A DNA stretch of 54,517 nucleotides, filler included, from Sphacelaria rigidula (taxonomy: Eukaryota), in NCBI GenBank assembly GCA_964200075.2. It is 5 parts of 5 records of this genome, joined end to end, with 100 filler letters (N's around TTAATTAATTAA, not from the genome) between each part and the next. Parts side by side here need not be neighbours in the genome. Positions count along the whole stretch, not along the records: positions 1 to 10,825 come from CAXNAA020005850.1; positions 10,926 to 21,749 come from CAXNAA020005851.1; 3 more parts are not named here. One strand, written 5' to 3'. This document shows, in pieces, positions 1 through 11,219 of the stretch. Below the pieces are notes generated by a model, which made no database searches, was not told the origin of the DNA, and saw nothing but the letters and a program-made list of their open reading frames with translations. The first letter of the stretch is position 1. The number at the start of each line of letters is the position of its first letter. The translations under genes were made by a program, and so were the position numbers.

Positions 1-22
1 TCGGGTCTGGGGGGGCCCGCGG

Positions 23-23
<1 letters not shown>

Positions 24-66
<43 letters not shown>
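24..66. repeat. poly-G tract at contig start
   Basis: About 43 consecutive G; typical assembly break point. Confidence 0.95.
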
Positions 67-67
<1 letters not shown>

Positions 68-586
68 GAAGTACATAGGGTCTCGGGGCTGTTTTTTTGG
101 GACCTCTTGCTAACGCAACAGTTTTTAATCCGTAGAACCACGTTATTATTCGTGAAAATCCCTGGAAATTCCCGACTTGATTTTAGACTGGAATCAGAAA
201 TCCGGATTTTCATTGGGGGCTGTGCTCCTAGCGTGGGCAGAACGCGTTTTGTCGAAATCGGCGCCGCAGGCGCCGATTGAAGGTCTTGCAACACACACTT
301 TGCCTAGGAAACACGTCGCACCCCCCTTGCTCGAGGGTTCTCGGTACGGTGTTATTCCTTTTCCATAATATGGAGGCGGTGTCTTGGCAGCTTAGGCGTG
401 AAGAGAATCCGGACCCCGCGTCAGATGGCGCCGAAACTTGGAGAATGTGTAGATTGGTATTAGATGAAGGTGTCACAGTCACAGCTGCGGCAGGGGAAGT
501 CGCTGATGGCCCGGTCTGCATTCATACGGTGGATAATCATAGCGCGTGGGATTCTATTTTTTCAACACCCTGCTATCTGATGACAA

Positions 587-1021
587 TTAGAGTGTGTACA
601 GCGACAGTTGAGCGCGCAGTCTGCGACGGATCCTGCCGGCCTCATCATCAATCTTCGCCCAGTTATGGATGAACGCTCGAAGAAACCCAGCAAACAAGCA
701 TCGTTTATGGTCCGCTATATATATGGGGGTTGGGAGATGAACGTTTCCGCTCCAAAACGGTCGACAGTCGAAGGTTAAGCTCCTGTCGCGCGACGAGTGG
801 GAAATGCCACAGACCCGTGCCGGCGTACCTGGCACTGGAGACGACATCCTGGTGCAGATAGTCTCACGACTACCGTGACGGCCGTGCAAACAGGCTGGCA
901 GCCGGGATGGTCGTTTCACTGGTGTTCTTCTAGCGTTATCAATGGAGAGTACCTCCGCACAGGCTTTGCACGTGAATATTTCGGTGATTTCCTCACTTCT
1001 ACTTCGACCATGTGCTGCTGA
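587..1021 (-). pseudogene. decayed RING-finger-like coding remnant
   Basis: The frame of ORF 587..919 extends upstream to 1021 and reads EEITEIFTCKACAEVLSIDNARRTPVKRPSRLPACLHG (CxxC ... LPxCxH, the first half of a RING). A shifted frame downstream gives GCRLQCQVRR, resembling a degenerate final CxxC. The middle CxxC is missing. Confidence 0.35.
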
Positions 1022-2571
1022 TTATTTCACGATCTCACCGCCTAATACATGTGGAAATGTATCACAATCTAGACAAGAGCTTCCTACACTCAGTCTAGAA
1101 ATTAAAAAGAATGTACTGTGCACAGTATGGATGCTATTGCCTACTGTATCACTTCGAGACAGAGTGTAGAAATCTCCACGGCATGATTTTTTTCAGCCGA
1201 CTTGCGCGCCATAGCGGCTGTGTTACCACACAGCTCCGTTCAAGTTACAGGCAGGCAAAATAGTGGCAGAGGCGGCCGTTTACTCCTGCCTGCACCACCT
1301 AGGAGAGCAAATGCACGCTTAGCTGCGACACTAACCACTGTACAAGATGTGGCGGAGCAAGAGGTGGTACACCACGCACACACAAACAAGTAGTATCATA
1401 CAAACGAGCTGGGCCAGCTGAAAAGCGGCTAAAGCTTGCTCACACCACAGCTTTCCTAGTTTCCCGAATGAACCCACGTAAGCGTATCACTGTGAAGTGC
1501 AGAGCAACCTGGTGACACACGGCACCGCCGCTGAATGAAAAAAAAAATGAAAAAAAGTGTACTGCATTAAATGTGACCTCAACGACGGACGAAAAAAAAA
1601 AAAAAAGTGTCGGAATTCAAACTCACGATCTTCATAATTGGCGGTTCCCATCACTTGAATTGTAGGGGCGGCAGCGTCGAGGAATATGTTGCACGCACGG
1701 CCCAATTCGACGAGTCTTGAGCTGAAATTTGAGGAAGATCTTCTGCACCCGAGGAAATGATACTTCACTTGACCAGCTGCGGATTCTCCTTCTTTTCCTG
1801 GACTTATGACATTATCTTGCTTTTGCTTAAATTTTAACTGCCCATGACTTTTTTTTGTCTTCTTTCTCTGCTGGTCACGTGATCTGCTGCATTTCGATGA
1901 TGAAAAGCTTCTGTCAAAATTTCAGCGTCCAACTCCTAATATCGCGCCGTGCGTCGCCGAGCAAGAAAACCACCAATTGTTGGCTGGCCCAGCACGTATA
2001 TTCTGTACGAGTCGTACACAAGTGTGATTTGAAATCCGTGCGCGCGGGGTGGGGCCGGCATGTAGAGAATCCTGCACAAGTTCGCCGTGTACTACCAGGA
2101 CGGGACCCCTTTTCACTAGCAATCGCTGGCGATGTGTGCTGTGATGGGTCTCGTGCGTGATGATGTTTTTTACACCTCCGCACACCACCCGTGAAGCGAG
2201 CTCTTCATGCTTGAAGTGCCCACCCCTCTTCCCGTGATGATCTCCACCCTTGGTCTCAGACAAACAGACAAATGAACTGCGGGATATGACAGTAGCTACT
2301 AGAAGGTGCATATTCTCCCACACAAATCCCTCCATATTATGGAAAAGGAAAACACCGTGGTATGCCTCGTTGGGGTGAGGTTTAGGGTTAGGGTTAGAGT
2401 TACTCGAAATAATAATTCTCTGAGAAATTTCCATGCCTACCACGTGGTAAATTACCCTTCCCAGATGGGTTGTGATCCCTCCAAAACGCCCAAAACTCCC
2501 CGGGACGCCCCGATTACTGGCGGAAAAAAAAAAACATCGGTTCTTCGAAAGTTTCTGCAATACCCCATATA

Positions 2572-3663
2572 CCGTAAGTTGCTCTGTGATCACACAGGGC
2601 GTGAATTTCGCACAGGGGTCGTGAGAACACACCCCTGTGCGATCAAAAACACGCTATGAAATGGTTTATTTGGTTTTTCGCACAGGGGGCGTTGTTTTCG
2701 CACAGGGGGCGTTGTTTTCGCACAGGGGTGCGATCTCAAGGATGAAATGCGTCTCAGCCACCTCCCGGGCGTGAGGACGCGTGCGCGCGGATGCGTCTTC
2801 GGGGCGGACAGCCTGAGTTGCCACGATTTTTGTCTTCATTCCACTGGTCATCATGGGGATTGTCTGGACTACGCACTGGGGTGTGGCAGTGCAGACACAA
2901 AAAACATACGGAGTGGTTTTCTTTCTCAATATATTTTACTCCGGTTCTCATCGTGCACCTTGGATAAAACCACTAAAGCCGAAGCCTTTCACCAAAAGCC
3001 AACACTGACGGAAAGAACGAAGCCCGAAAGGAAACGCGTACCGGCACCAAACGATATTTCTTGCAATCAACCTCGTCTGTCTCTTCGACATTTCGTGTGG
3101 AGGTATACCGGTACACGACAACTACCGACGTGCGGTGTGCTTGATGTTGTCGTGCTGTGGCTGTGTGCCCGTGTGTACTTGCTATGTTTCAGGCATCTTC
3201 AGACCTTGCTCCTCCGGCAGTACTGTTGCAGATTGTTACTTTTTTTTTTTTTTTTCCTTGATGGAAGGAGGAAACCCAACCCAACACTTACCTCGCTGGC
3301 GACCGAGACGATCGCAAGCGAGTTCGTGTGCCGATTACCCGAAGGCTCGGCTAGACCAGCAGATTGTTACTTTACACCGGCGAAGGTTTACTCAATATCG
3401 CACATGGCGGGGTTATCGCACAGGGTGTGCGTTCAAAGACCCTGGTGTCATCGAAATTATTTACTCAATATCGCACATGTCGTTGAGATGGGGCAGGGGT
3501 GTGCGATGGAAAAGCAGTACCAAATTATTTAATTCGATTTTCGCACAGGGGCGCGGTGTTCGCACAGGGGTCGTGAGAACACACCCCTCTGCGAAAAAAA
3601 AAACAAGTTCGAAAACATTTAAAAATCAATCGCACCCCTGTGCGATCACAGAGCAACTTACGG
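2572..3663. mobile_element. non-autonomous Tc1/mariner (pogo-like) TIR element, about 1.1 kb
   Basis: TIRs CCGTAAGTTGCTCTGTGATCACACAGGG / CCCTGTGCGATCACAGAGCAACTTACGG (1 mismatch), TA on both sides (2570-71, 3664-65). The motif CGCACAGGG is reiterated near both ends. No transposase ORF. Confidence 0.85.
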
Positions 3664-4960
3664 TAATAGTACACATGTGCAATTTTTCAGGATCTGAGAG
3701 CGTTTCTTACAGTTGGTATCTTTGGAGGGCGTTTATTATACTTTGACATTTGACACGGTTCTTGGCCCCCAGAGAAAACCACCGTTATACGTCTTGGACG
3801 ATTTATATCGCTCTGCCGAAGAGTCTAGCCCTCTTTTCCGATTCGCTTGGCTACGACGTTTCGACAACGGCCTCTGGACAAAGATACAGCTGGGGTGAAA
3901 GACGCGGTGCTTGAACGTGTTTTCACGCGGAGTCAAGCAAATCTAAAACGTGTGCTAGACACCTCTCGATGGCGCGATGTGAGGTGAAGTGTACAAGTGT
4001 GCGATGGCGATATTCCTTGCTTGGGGGCCAAAAACCGTGCCAAATAAATGGCCCAAAAGTGGGAAAACGCTCCCCAAACAATACCAACTACAAGACCTAA
4101 CGCCTACTATGTGTTGTTCCGGATTCGGGACCGTCAGACACCTCATGGCTCTCAAATGCTTGTGAGCGCGACAGCGTAAAGCGTACACGCACCAAGGCTG
4201 CAGTCCATTTTTTTCGGATTTCTCCAAAAATGGGGCTTCGGAGAAGAAATCAAATCTCTTCGTTCTCCCTGTATTCTAAACGCAGAGTCCGAGAAGTCCG
4301 AAAAATTCTGAGATTGCCATGGTGTCGATAATAATGAGCCTACGGGTACTCGTAATAAGAAAAGGGCTAACTCCAAGGATCGCCACGAGGGTTTGCGGTA
4401 ACTGAAATTTGGCACATCAGCGTGAACCACCCTGTACCGAACATAACCTTGGACCCTTCTCTGACTACTAGAGGTATCTCAAACTCGAGGTTCCCGGTAT
4501 ATTTGACAGTCAACTATTTCGGCAATCTCGAGTTTTAAGATACCTTCACTACAGCGGCATTCACCCAGTATATCAAGTGGTCGCCCTACCGCTCACATGG
4601 TTGATTTACCGGTAGTTAATTTGGCTGATTACTTTATTTTAGTATGGACACCAATATTCGGATCTCTAGAGGGAATGACAGTCCCATATGCTGTACTCGT
4701 AGATTGCCCAGAATGTATTCTTGTCCAAATCGATTGGAGGTCTACCAACGCACACTTTGCCTGGGGCACCTTCTGCACCCCCCTTGCCCGAGGGTTCTCG
4801 TATGTCCTGGTCGGCGATAGGGTTAGGGTTAGGGTTAGCTTTATTAATAGTTCAAAATCACAAATCTCCGAGAACGCTACGCCAACCTTGTTTTACGCCA
4901 GTGCGAAAGCACGGCTCCCCTTACCACACACACAACCCAGCACCACACATGCACACACAC

Positions 4961-5702
4961 CTTGAGCGATAGCGTGAAAATCGTCGATAAAGGGGCTGGA
5001 CCGGTTCATGGCTCTGTCCAGCGCAGTCAGGTTGTCCGCCAATATTGTCGAGGACTTCTGCGTCGACATGTTCCTAATCCCGCGGCGTGTGCACAGTCTC
5101 TGCAACAGTTGTACCGCCATTTGCGGGTAGGACAGATTTCCCTTGATGGCTCGGTCAATGCTCACTTGAAGTTTCGACTTCTGACCTGCGGGCGACACCG
5201 ACGCGCCATCGGCGAGCAGCAGCATATCGGTTGATTTTTCAGCTTCACGCTTCGCTTTAGACATCGCGGGCGGCCCTGGTGGAGCGGGCACCGAGGTATT
5301 CGTACCCAAAAATTGCGGGACATTTTTAGAGCGTGGAAGCTGAGTACGGGATATGCCTGAGGTGGGCGCAGTCGGTGCAGCTCCCGGCGAGGGGGCTGCC
5401 TGTTGTGTGTTGTTGTGCTGGGCTTGTTGAAGCAGCTGCTCGATCGTGGTCACCCGCCCAGAAATGGCTTGTGTTGTGGAAGTCAGTACCTTTGCCAGGG
5501 ATACAAGTTGTTGCAAAAGGGCGTTCGTATCCTGGGCTGGTTTACTGTCGGCCGGAGAGTCAGCCATGCTTGGATCCTGCATGCCGGGATTTTGTACGTG
5601 TGTTTGTCCTCTGCAGCCGCCGTCTTGCACACTGTTGTGCTGAGAATTCAAAAATGCACTCGCTGATGTGACTCCTCCAGACGGGTGAGATGCGTCCGAC
5701 AT
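4961..5702 (-). CDS. first exon of an uncharacterised protein (coiled coil + SAP/HeH-like motif); possibly transposon-derived
   Basis: ATG at 5702, 247 open codons, donor CAAG|GTGTGT at 4961/4960. Heptad segment LLQQLVSLAKVLTSTTQAISGRVTTIEQLLQQ; YPQMAVQLLQRLCTRRGIRNMSTQKSSTILADNL resembles the SAP consensus. Downstream exon not identified. Confidence 0.6.
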
Positions 5703-6356
5703 GATGTTGTGTAGAGGCGCCGGCGCCCCAAGTCGCTTTGGAAATGTCACACAAGAAGGACTGCTTGCCGCTTGACTGAGAACACTAAAGATAGTGTCAC
5801 TGCGCTGCAGGATCAATCTTAATTATTAGGGGCCATCTTGACGAGACAAAAATTAGAGGCGTGGACAAAAATCGACGAAGGCAACTTGCCTGACCACAAC
5901 GATCACTTGGGGTCCTAATAACGAGAAATCACGAAACCGACCTTGTGGATAAGTCCTGAAATTTCGGAGATCTCCAAACAGCCGTCAGGGTGGCGTCCTT
6001 ACCGAGTTTTGCCGTTGCTGGTAAATCTTTCATCACGGGCACAGTAGTGAGAGCGTCTTGGGCCCATTATGATCGACACTGTTTTTTTTCGGGAGTGGCA
6101 AGGTAAATCATTTTCGAATGCTTGCGAGCGCCACGGCGTACGCATAGACAGGGCAGCTCTCCGAAGTGCCGCGTTGCAATCCGAATTTTCAGGCCTTCTC
6201 CAAGAAGGAACCTTGGGAGGAAAAACGAAACCCTTTGTATTACTCGGAGGAGTCTGAACGTAGAGTGCGAAAAGCGAAAACGTATGATAGCTGGGATAAA
6301 ACAGACAGTGTTGATGACAAGATAGATAATAATGAGCGTTACATGTTATATGCCGT

Positions 6357-7140
6357 TTCTAGATCTGGAAAACTGTTTCTGGAGCATCTGCGTCGTTTTT
6401 CGCCCTGAAAAGAGTTACTGTTGTGAGCGGATTTTGACACCTTGGGATGCCTTGCTGTACTCGTTGGGACGGTTTCAGCACATTGACGATTAATGTGAGA
6501 TTATCAATGAATCATCAATCAGCACACCTGTAATAACGTTTTCGTGAGATTGAGAGTAGAGCGCCGGTTGACAGTGGGTTTAATCATTCACCCTAAGTTT
6601 AGCCAACTTTTTGTTCCGTATGTGCTTTTCTTTGCCTCCATCACTGCCGTGTGCTTACAGCTACACGTCGATATCAAACTCAGAGATATCAAGTGCCTCA
6701 GTTGCATGCCACTACAGAGAGAATATCGGGCCTCTTGAAGGGGCATTTTGGAACTGAAAAGATTCATTCACTAATTGACCGCTTTTCACTCTCCATCGTA
6801 TCCTCTCCTCTCAATCTTACGAAAACATTGTTCTGTGCGTTTTTCTGGTGACCGCAGTCGTTTTTTGGCCAAACTTGCATTTTTCATTTTTTTCCTCGGA
6901 AATCGCTATTTTTTTTCTCGGGGATCGACCATTTCCAGACAAACTTCGACCTTTCACTTCAGAGACCGGTCAAATGCAAGCTTGGTAAAAAAAAAGAAAT
7001 GCGGCCACCGGGAAAACGCACATGTATTGGAACCGTCCCAACGGGTATAGCCAGGCGTTCTAAGGTGTCAAAATCGGCCCAGCTCTCTTGTAGGGTGTAA
7101 AACGACGCAGAAATTCCAAGAAGACAGTTTCCAGATTTTT
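6357..7140. mobile_element. fold-back element, family F copy 1 (left arm interrupted)
   Basis: 6357-6483 (...CGCCCTGAAAAGAG...GATTTTGACACCTTGGGATG...CGTTGGGACGGTTTC) is an imperfect inverse of 7021-7140. The left arm resumes at about 6836. Confidence 0.75.
6532..6832. mobile_element. small TIR element nested in fold-back copy 1
   Basis: GTTTTCGTGAGATTGAGAG (6538) versus CTCTCAATCTTACGAAAAC (ends 6826) form an inverted pair. Confidence 0.55.
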
Positions 7141-7464
7141 CACTGTTTGCCAAAGAAGCGACCTGTTAAGGGCGTCTTTTATCGCATTTCTTCTGTCGAA
7201 AAAATGCAGTGGAATAAAAAAATACGATCTGTATGATGGGTCTTCACGTCAGCATAAATTACGTGGACATGATTGATGACCTATTCTGACCCGTCAGATC
7301 AGAATTTTTCTTTTCCGCCGCATTTTTCAGATGGAAAATTATTTTGAGAGGACGTCATTATCATTTTTTTGCGTCGCTAACGTGCGGCGAAAGAGGGAAA
7401 ATCCGATTTGAGGTCGTTCGTTACAGGAAACAGAAAAAAAAAAGTCCTGTAAAAAGTGCTGCTG

Positions 7465-7823
7465 TGGTCCTTCTTCGTGGTTTTACGCCCTGAAAGAGAG
7501 CTAAGCGGAGATTGTCACCTTGGGATGACTTGCTGTACTCGTTTAGGCGGTTCCAGGACATCTTCGCGTCTTCCGGTGCCCGCTGTTTTTATTTTGGCCA
7601 AACATGCATTTTTGTCCATAGACGGTCAAGTCCAGAAAAAAATGGCAGCTTTTTCTAGACTTGGCCGTTCTTGGACAAAATTTCAAGTTTGGCCAAAACA
7701 AAACTGCGGCCACCGGAAAACGCGAACATGTCCAAGAACCGTCTCAACGAGTAGAGCAAATCATTCCAAGGTGTCGAACTCCGCCCAGCTCTCTTTTAGG
7801 GAATGACATGACGAAGAAGAACC
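7465..7823. mobile_element. fold-back element, family F copy 2
   Basis: Arms 7465-7603 and 7685-7823 are imperfect reverse complements and share the TTTGGCCAAA and CACCTTGGGATG motifs with copy 1. Confidence 0.75.
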
Positions 7824-8226
7824 GACGAATTATTTTTACAGGACTTTATTGTTGTTTGCTATGGGAGCGGCATGACAGTTCGTCGTTTATATCTGTGTTA
7901 TTTACATTGATATGGCGACCGATCAGATGAAAAAAAATCATTGTTTCCCACCACACTTTTTCGATCGAAAAATAATTTGATGGGGCACGCCCTGATTTCG
8001 TCGTTGGCTTAACTAATTGTTCCCATCCTCCGCTCCTCGCGGAGAGTCTCTCTGCTGCTGCATACCGTACTACAGAGACGATTTGTACTCGGCTCTCGGA
8101 TTTGTGCATTAATAGAATCCCTGGGCACAGGGCAGGTGTCGGGTGGGGGAAGCACTTCCCCAACATGCTACAATAGTAGTTACCTCGAATGCAAGTGCTC
8201 AAGAAGGAAAACTGACAAGGCCAACC

Positions 8227-8661
8227 AACACGGGATCTTACAAATTGGGGATGGATCTTTTATTGGGGATGAGAAACCCGGAGGAATAAAACCTTCGTAT
8301 CCACACTAAATCCCCGGAATATGGTCCACCTTCTGATAACTATTGGCAACTGCTACACGCCATAGAAATTTGGATTTCGATTACCGCAAGGTTGGAGTCC
8401 TAGGTAAAAAACGAATTTCGGGGAATTCTGGGTGTCCGAACGGACGCCAAAATGGTTCCGAAATTATTTTTTCACCTAGGACCCCAACATTTCGGTAATC
8501 GAAATCCAAATTTCTCTGGCGTGTAGCAGTTGTCAAGAGCTATCAGTAGGTGAAGAAATGGAACCATATTTCGGAGATTTGGTGTGGATACGAAGATTTT
8601 AATCCTTCGGGTTTCTCGTCCCCAATGAAAGATTCATCCCCAATTCGTAACATCCCGTGTT
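8227..8661. mobile_element. 435-bp near-palindromic fold-back (MITE-like) element
   Basis: AACACGGGAT...ATCCCGTGTT. Arms of about 195 bp pair along their length (e.g. AGAAATTTGGATTTCGATTACCG / CGGTAATCGAAATCCAAATTTCT) around a loop of about 35 nt. No clear TSD. Confidence 0.85.
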
Positions 8662-9003
8662 AACTGGCAGTACCCTGGATCCCTGCCAGCCAATCTGTCG
8701 GCTTCTTACCTTCCTCGCCTCGAGCTCAGCCTCGAGTAGACACCCTTACCCCTATATATTACATGATGTTCAATAGTTCGAACACATCCACATACAGAGA
8801 GACGATACAGTGTTGAGGGCATCTGTCGCAATGTGACCTGAAAGAATGAAATACAAAGAAACCCTCATGCTTCGACTCCTGGATCAGGGCGGAATGATTG
8901 AATGATTCTTGTACGACTGTTCATTCGCCCGGATCGTTGCATTTGTTGTTGAGGCGGGGGGGGTCCCTCGCCACATGAAGCAGGAGCTTTTTTGTCCCGG
9001 GTA

Positions 9004-10045
9004 GGAGGCATTATATCTTTGTTCATGGTAGGGGTAGTACATATTTTCCCTCGCGAAGGCGGCATCTCTCCTGTGGATGAGGCGTCAGATACGAATTCTC
9101 GTGGATGAGGGAGGCACTATATATCTTCTCATGGGAGAGGCGTGAAATAACTCTCTTGTGAAGGAGGCATCAGATATGTCTTCTCGTGGATAGGGTCATC
9201 TTTATCTCCTCCTGCGAACGAGGCATCAGATATCTCATCTCATGGACGAGGCATTATATCTCTTCTCGTGGATGAGGCATCGAACATTTCAAGGGCAGGT
9301 TGAGTAGAGTATACTCAGTTGCAAGGCATTTTGAAAGACGTACTTGGGACACTCAGATTAGGGTAGAGTGTGCGGAGTCGTACCCAAAAAATAACTAGAG
9401 AGCGATCCCTGAAACCCTACCCCCAATCTGTGTACTTCAAAGTACGACTTTGAAAACACCCCGCGATTGAGTATACTCTACTCGACCTGCCCTTGAAACG
9501 TTTCATTTCGTGAATGAGGAAATATATATCTTCTCGCGAACGGGTGAGTCATCAGATATCTCCTCTCATGGATGAGGCACGATATCACTTCTCGTGGCGT
9601 AGATTTGACGTAAATATATCGTCTCATGAGTGAGGCATTTTATCTCTTCTCGTGGATGAGGCATCAGATGTTTCTTTTCGTACATCAGGCATTATATCTC
9701 CTCTCGAGACGGAGGCATCAGATACCCGTATCTTTTCATGGATGAGATATGATATCTCTTCTCGTGGATGAGGCATACCGTTGATATTTCGTCTCATGGA
9801 TGAGGAATTGTATCTCTTCTCGTGGTTGAGGCATCAGATATTTCATTTCGTGAATGAAGAAATATATATCTTCTCGTGAACGAGACATCAGATATCTCTC
9901 TCTCGTGGATGAGACATGGATATGTCGTCTCATGAGAGGCAGTGTACCGTTTCTCGTGGATGGGGCATCAGGTATGTCTTCTTGTAAACGAAGCGGCATA
10001 TATCTCCTCTTTGATGACGCCTTATGTATCTCTTGTTGGAGGCAG
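9004..10045. repeat. degenerate tandem array of alternating ~28/26-bp units (54-bp dimer)
   Basis: Units GAGGCATCAGATATCTCATCTCATGGAC and GAGGCATTATATCTCTTCTCGTGGAT recur roughly 30 times, with substitutions spread through the unit. Confidence 0.9.
9290..9495. mobile_element. hAT-like MITE (206 bp) inserted in the tandem array
   Basis: TIR CAAGGGCAGGTTGAGTAGAGTATACTCA / TGAGTATACTCTACTCGACCTGCCCTTG. The 8-bp flanks GAACATTT and AAACGTTT match 6/8. Removing the element restores an array unit like the one at 9828-9859. Confidence 0.8.
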
Positions 10046-10825
10046 TGATCTACTGGGAGAGCATATCTCCACTCGATTACCCCCCTCGAAGCACAGGGTG
10101 GGCGGGTAGGGAAAATATACGACTCCTCACAGAATCCTCGTAGTACTACAGTACATACAGTGTTCCGGTCGTACCACTTTCACCTCTTGCACGGCCTGAA
10201 ATCGAAGAGTATGCTGGCTGGATGTTCAGGTCGCCGTTCTGCACGCCTGCTACTACGTCTGCCTACCACTCTCTCAGTGTACTAAATGACAATCGCTTCG
10301 ATATCCGGTAGCAGCGGCACAGACGTTCCACACCTTTCATCTTCTGTTCAGCGTTCGTCATCTCGGATACATGTACTATGATTCATGTGTGAAGTCAATT
10401 TAATTCAATTCGGTGAGTAATAATTGTTTCGCTCCCACGAAACACATAACCCCTTGGTTGGGAATATTCCGCTTTTCGAATCGCTCATCACCACTTTGGA
10501 TGATATTTTAATTCTTGATGCCATATACACGCCTTTTGGCTCCTTCGTGTTGGATCTCACATCTTTGACAATTAATCCACGGTTGTTGAAGGGAGACCGA
10601 GGGAAATCCAGCTTTTTTTTGTTTTCCCTTGCCTCCGGCAGCGCTCCCGTGTGGCCCCCTCACTTGCCGGGGGGAGGCGGGCGTTAGAGCTCACGGCTCC
10701 GTCGCTCGCCGTCGGTGTTTAGCAACTGACACTGACTAACTGGCAAAACATCGATAACAGCAAGGGTGCCCGAAGAACAAATCCGAGACCCTATACCCCT
10801 TTTTTGAATCCTGGAGTTTTTCGGG

Positions 10826-10925
10826 NNNNNNNNNNNNNNNNNNNNNNNNNNNNNNNNNNNNNNNNNNNNTTAATTAATTAANNNNNNNNNNNNNNNNNNN
10901 NNNNNNNNNNNNNNNNNNNNNNNNN
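10826..10925. other. artificial contig linker N44-TTAATTAATTAA-N44
   Basis: Six-frame stop linker at 10870-10881. Confidence 0.98.
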
Positions 10926-11005
10926 GATGCTTGCCTTTTTATTTTATCGCGAGAGGGGTTCAGCAATCCCTTTCCCTCGTCGACCGTTAAGTCGAATTTT
11001 GACAA
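10926..11005 (-). mobile_element. fragment of tRNA-derived SINE family 1
   Basis: GCTTGCCTTTTTATTTTATCGCGAGAGGGGTTCAGCAATCCC...CGTCGACCG matches 28703-28772. Confidence 0.7.
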
Positions 11006-11219
11006 CATAACAGGAAATTGGGGGCCGTCTTGACGAGTATGGGAACGAATGAGTCGCACGGAAACATGTTTTTTCCCGCTCGTTTCTTATCGGGAATAGA
11101 ACGATCATGACCTCCTCACTGAGTACCCAACAGCTGATTTGAACGATGATTCAACGGATTTCCACACAACAAAAGTGGTGGAGAGCGAATATTCAATACG
11201 GTATGTTGTGAGTGCAGAA

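Noticed and set aside
1922..3746. ORFs of 236, 261 and 203 aa as genes or a transposase
   Set aside because: They run through TIRs, telomere-like repeats and poly-T; no DDE or HTH motif.
4818..4839. True telomere (also 2381-2396, 37188-37228)
   Set aside because: Only 3-6 imperfect units, internal to contigs and embedded in repeats.
9004..10045. CRISPR- or TIGR-like guide array
   Set aside because: Units are contiguous and vary throughout, with no conserved repeat plus unique spacer structure, no adjacent cas or Nop-domain gene, and a eukaryotic context.
10870..10881. TTAATTAATTAA as a biological motif recurring every 10.9 kb
   Set aside because: Embedded in symmetric N44 runs; a standard six-frame-stop assembly linker.
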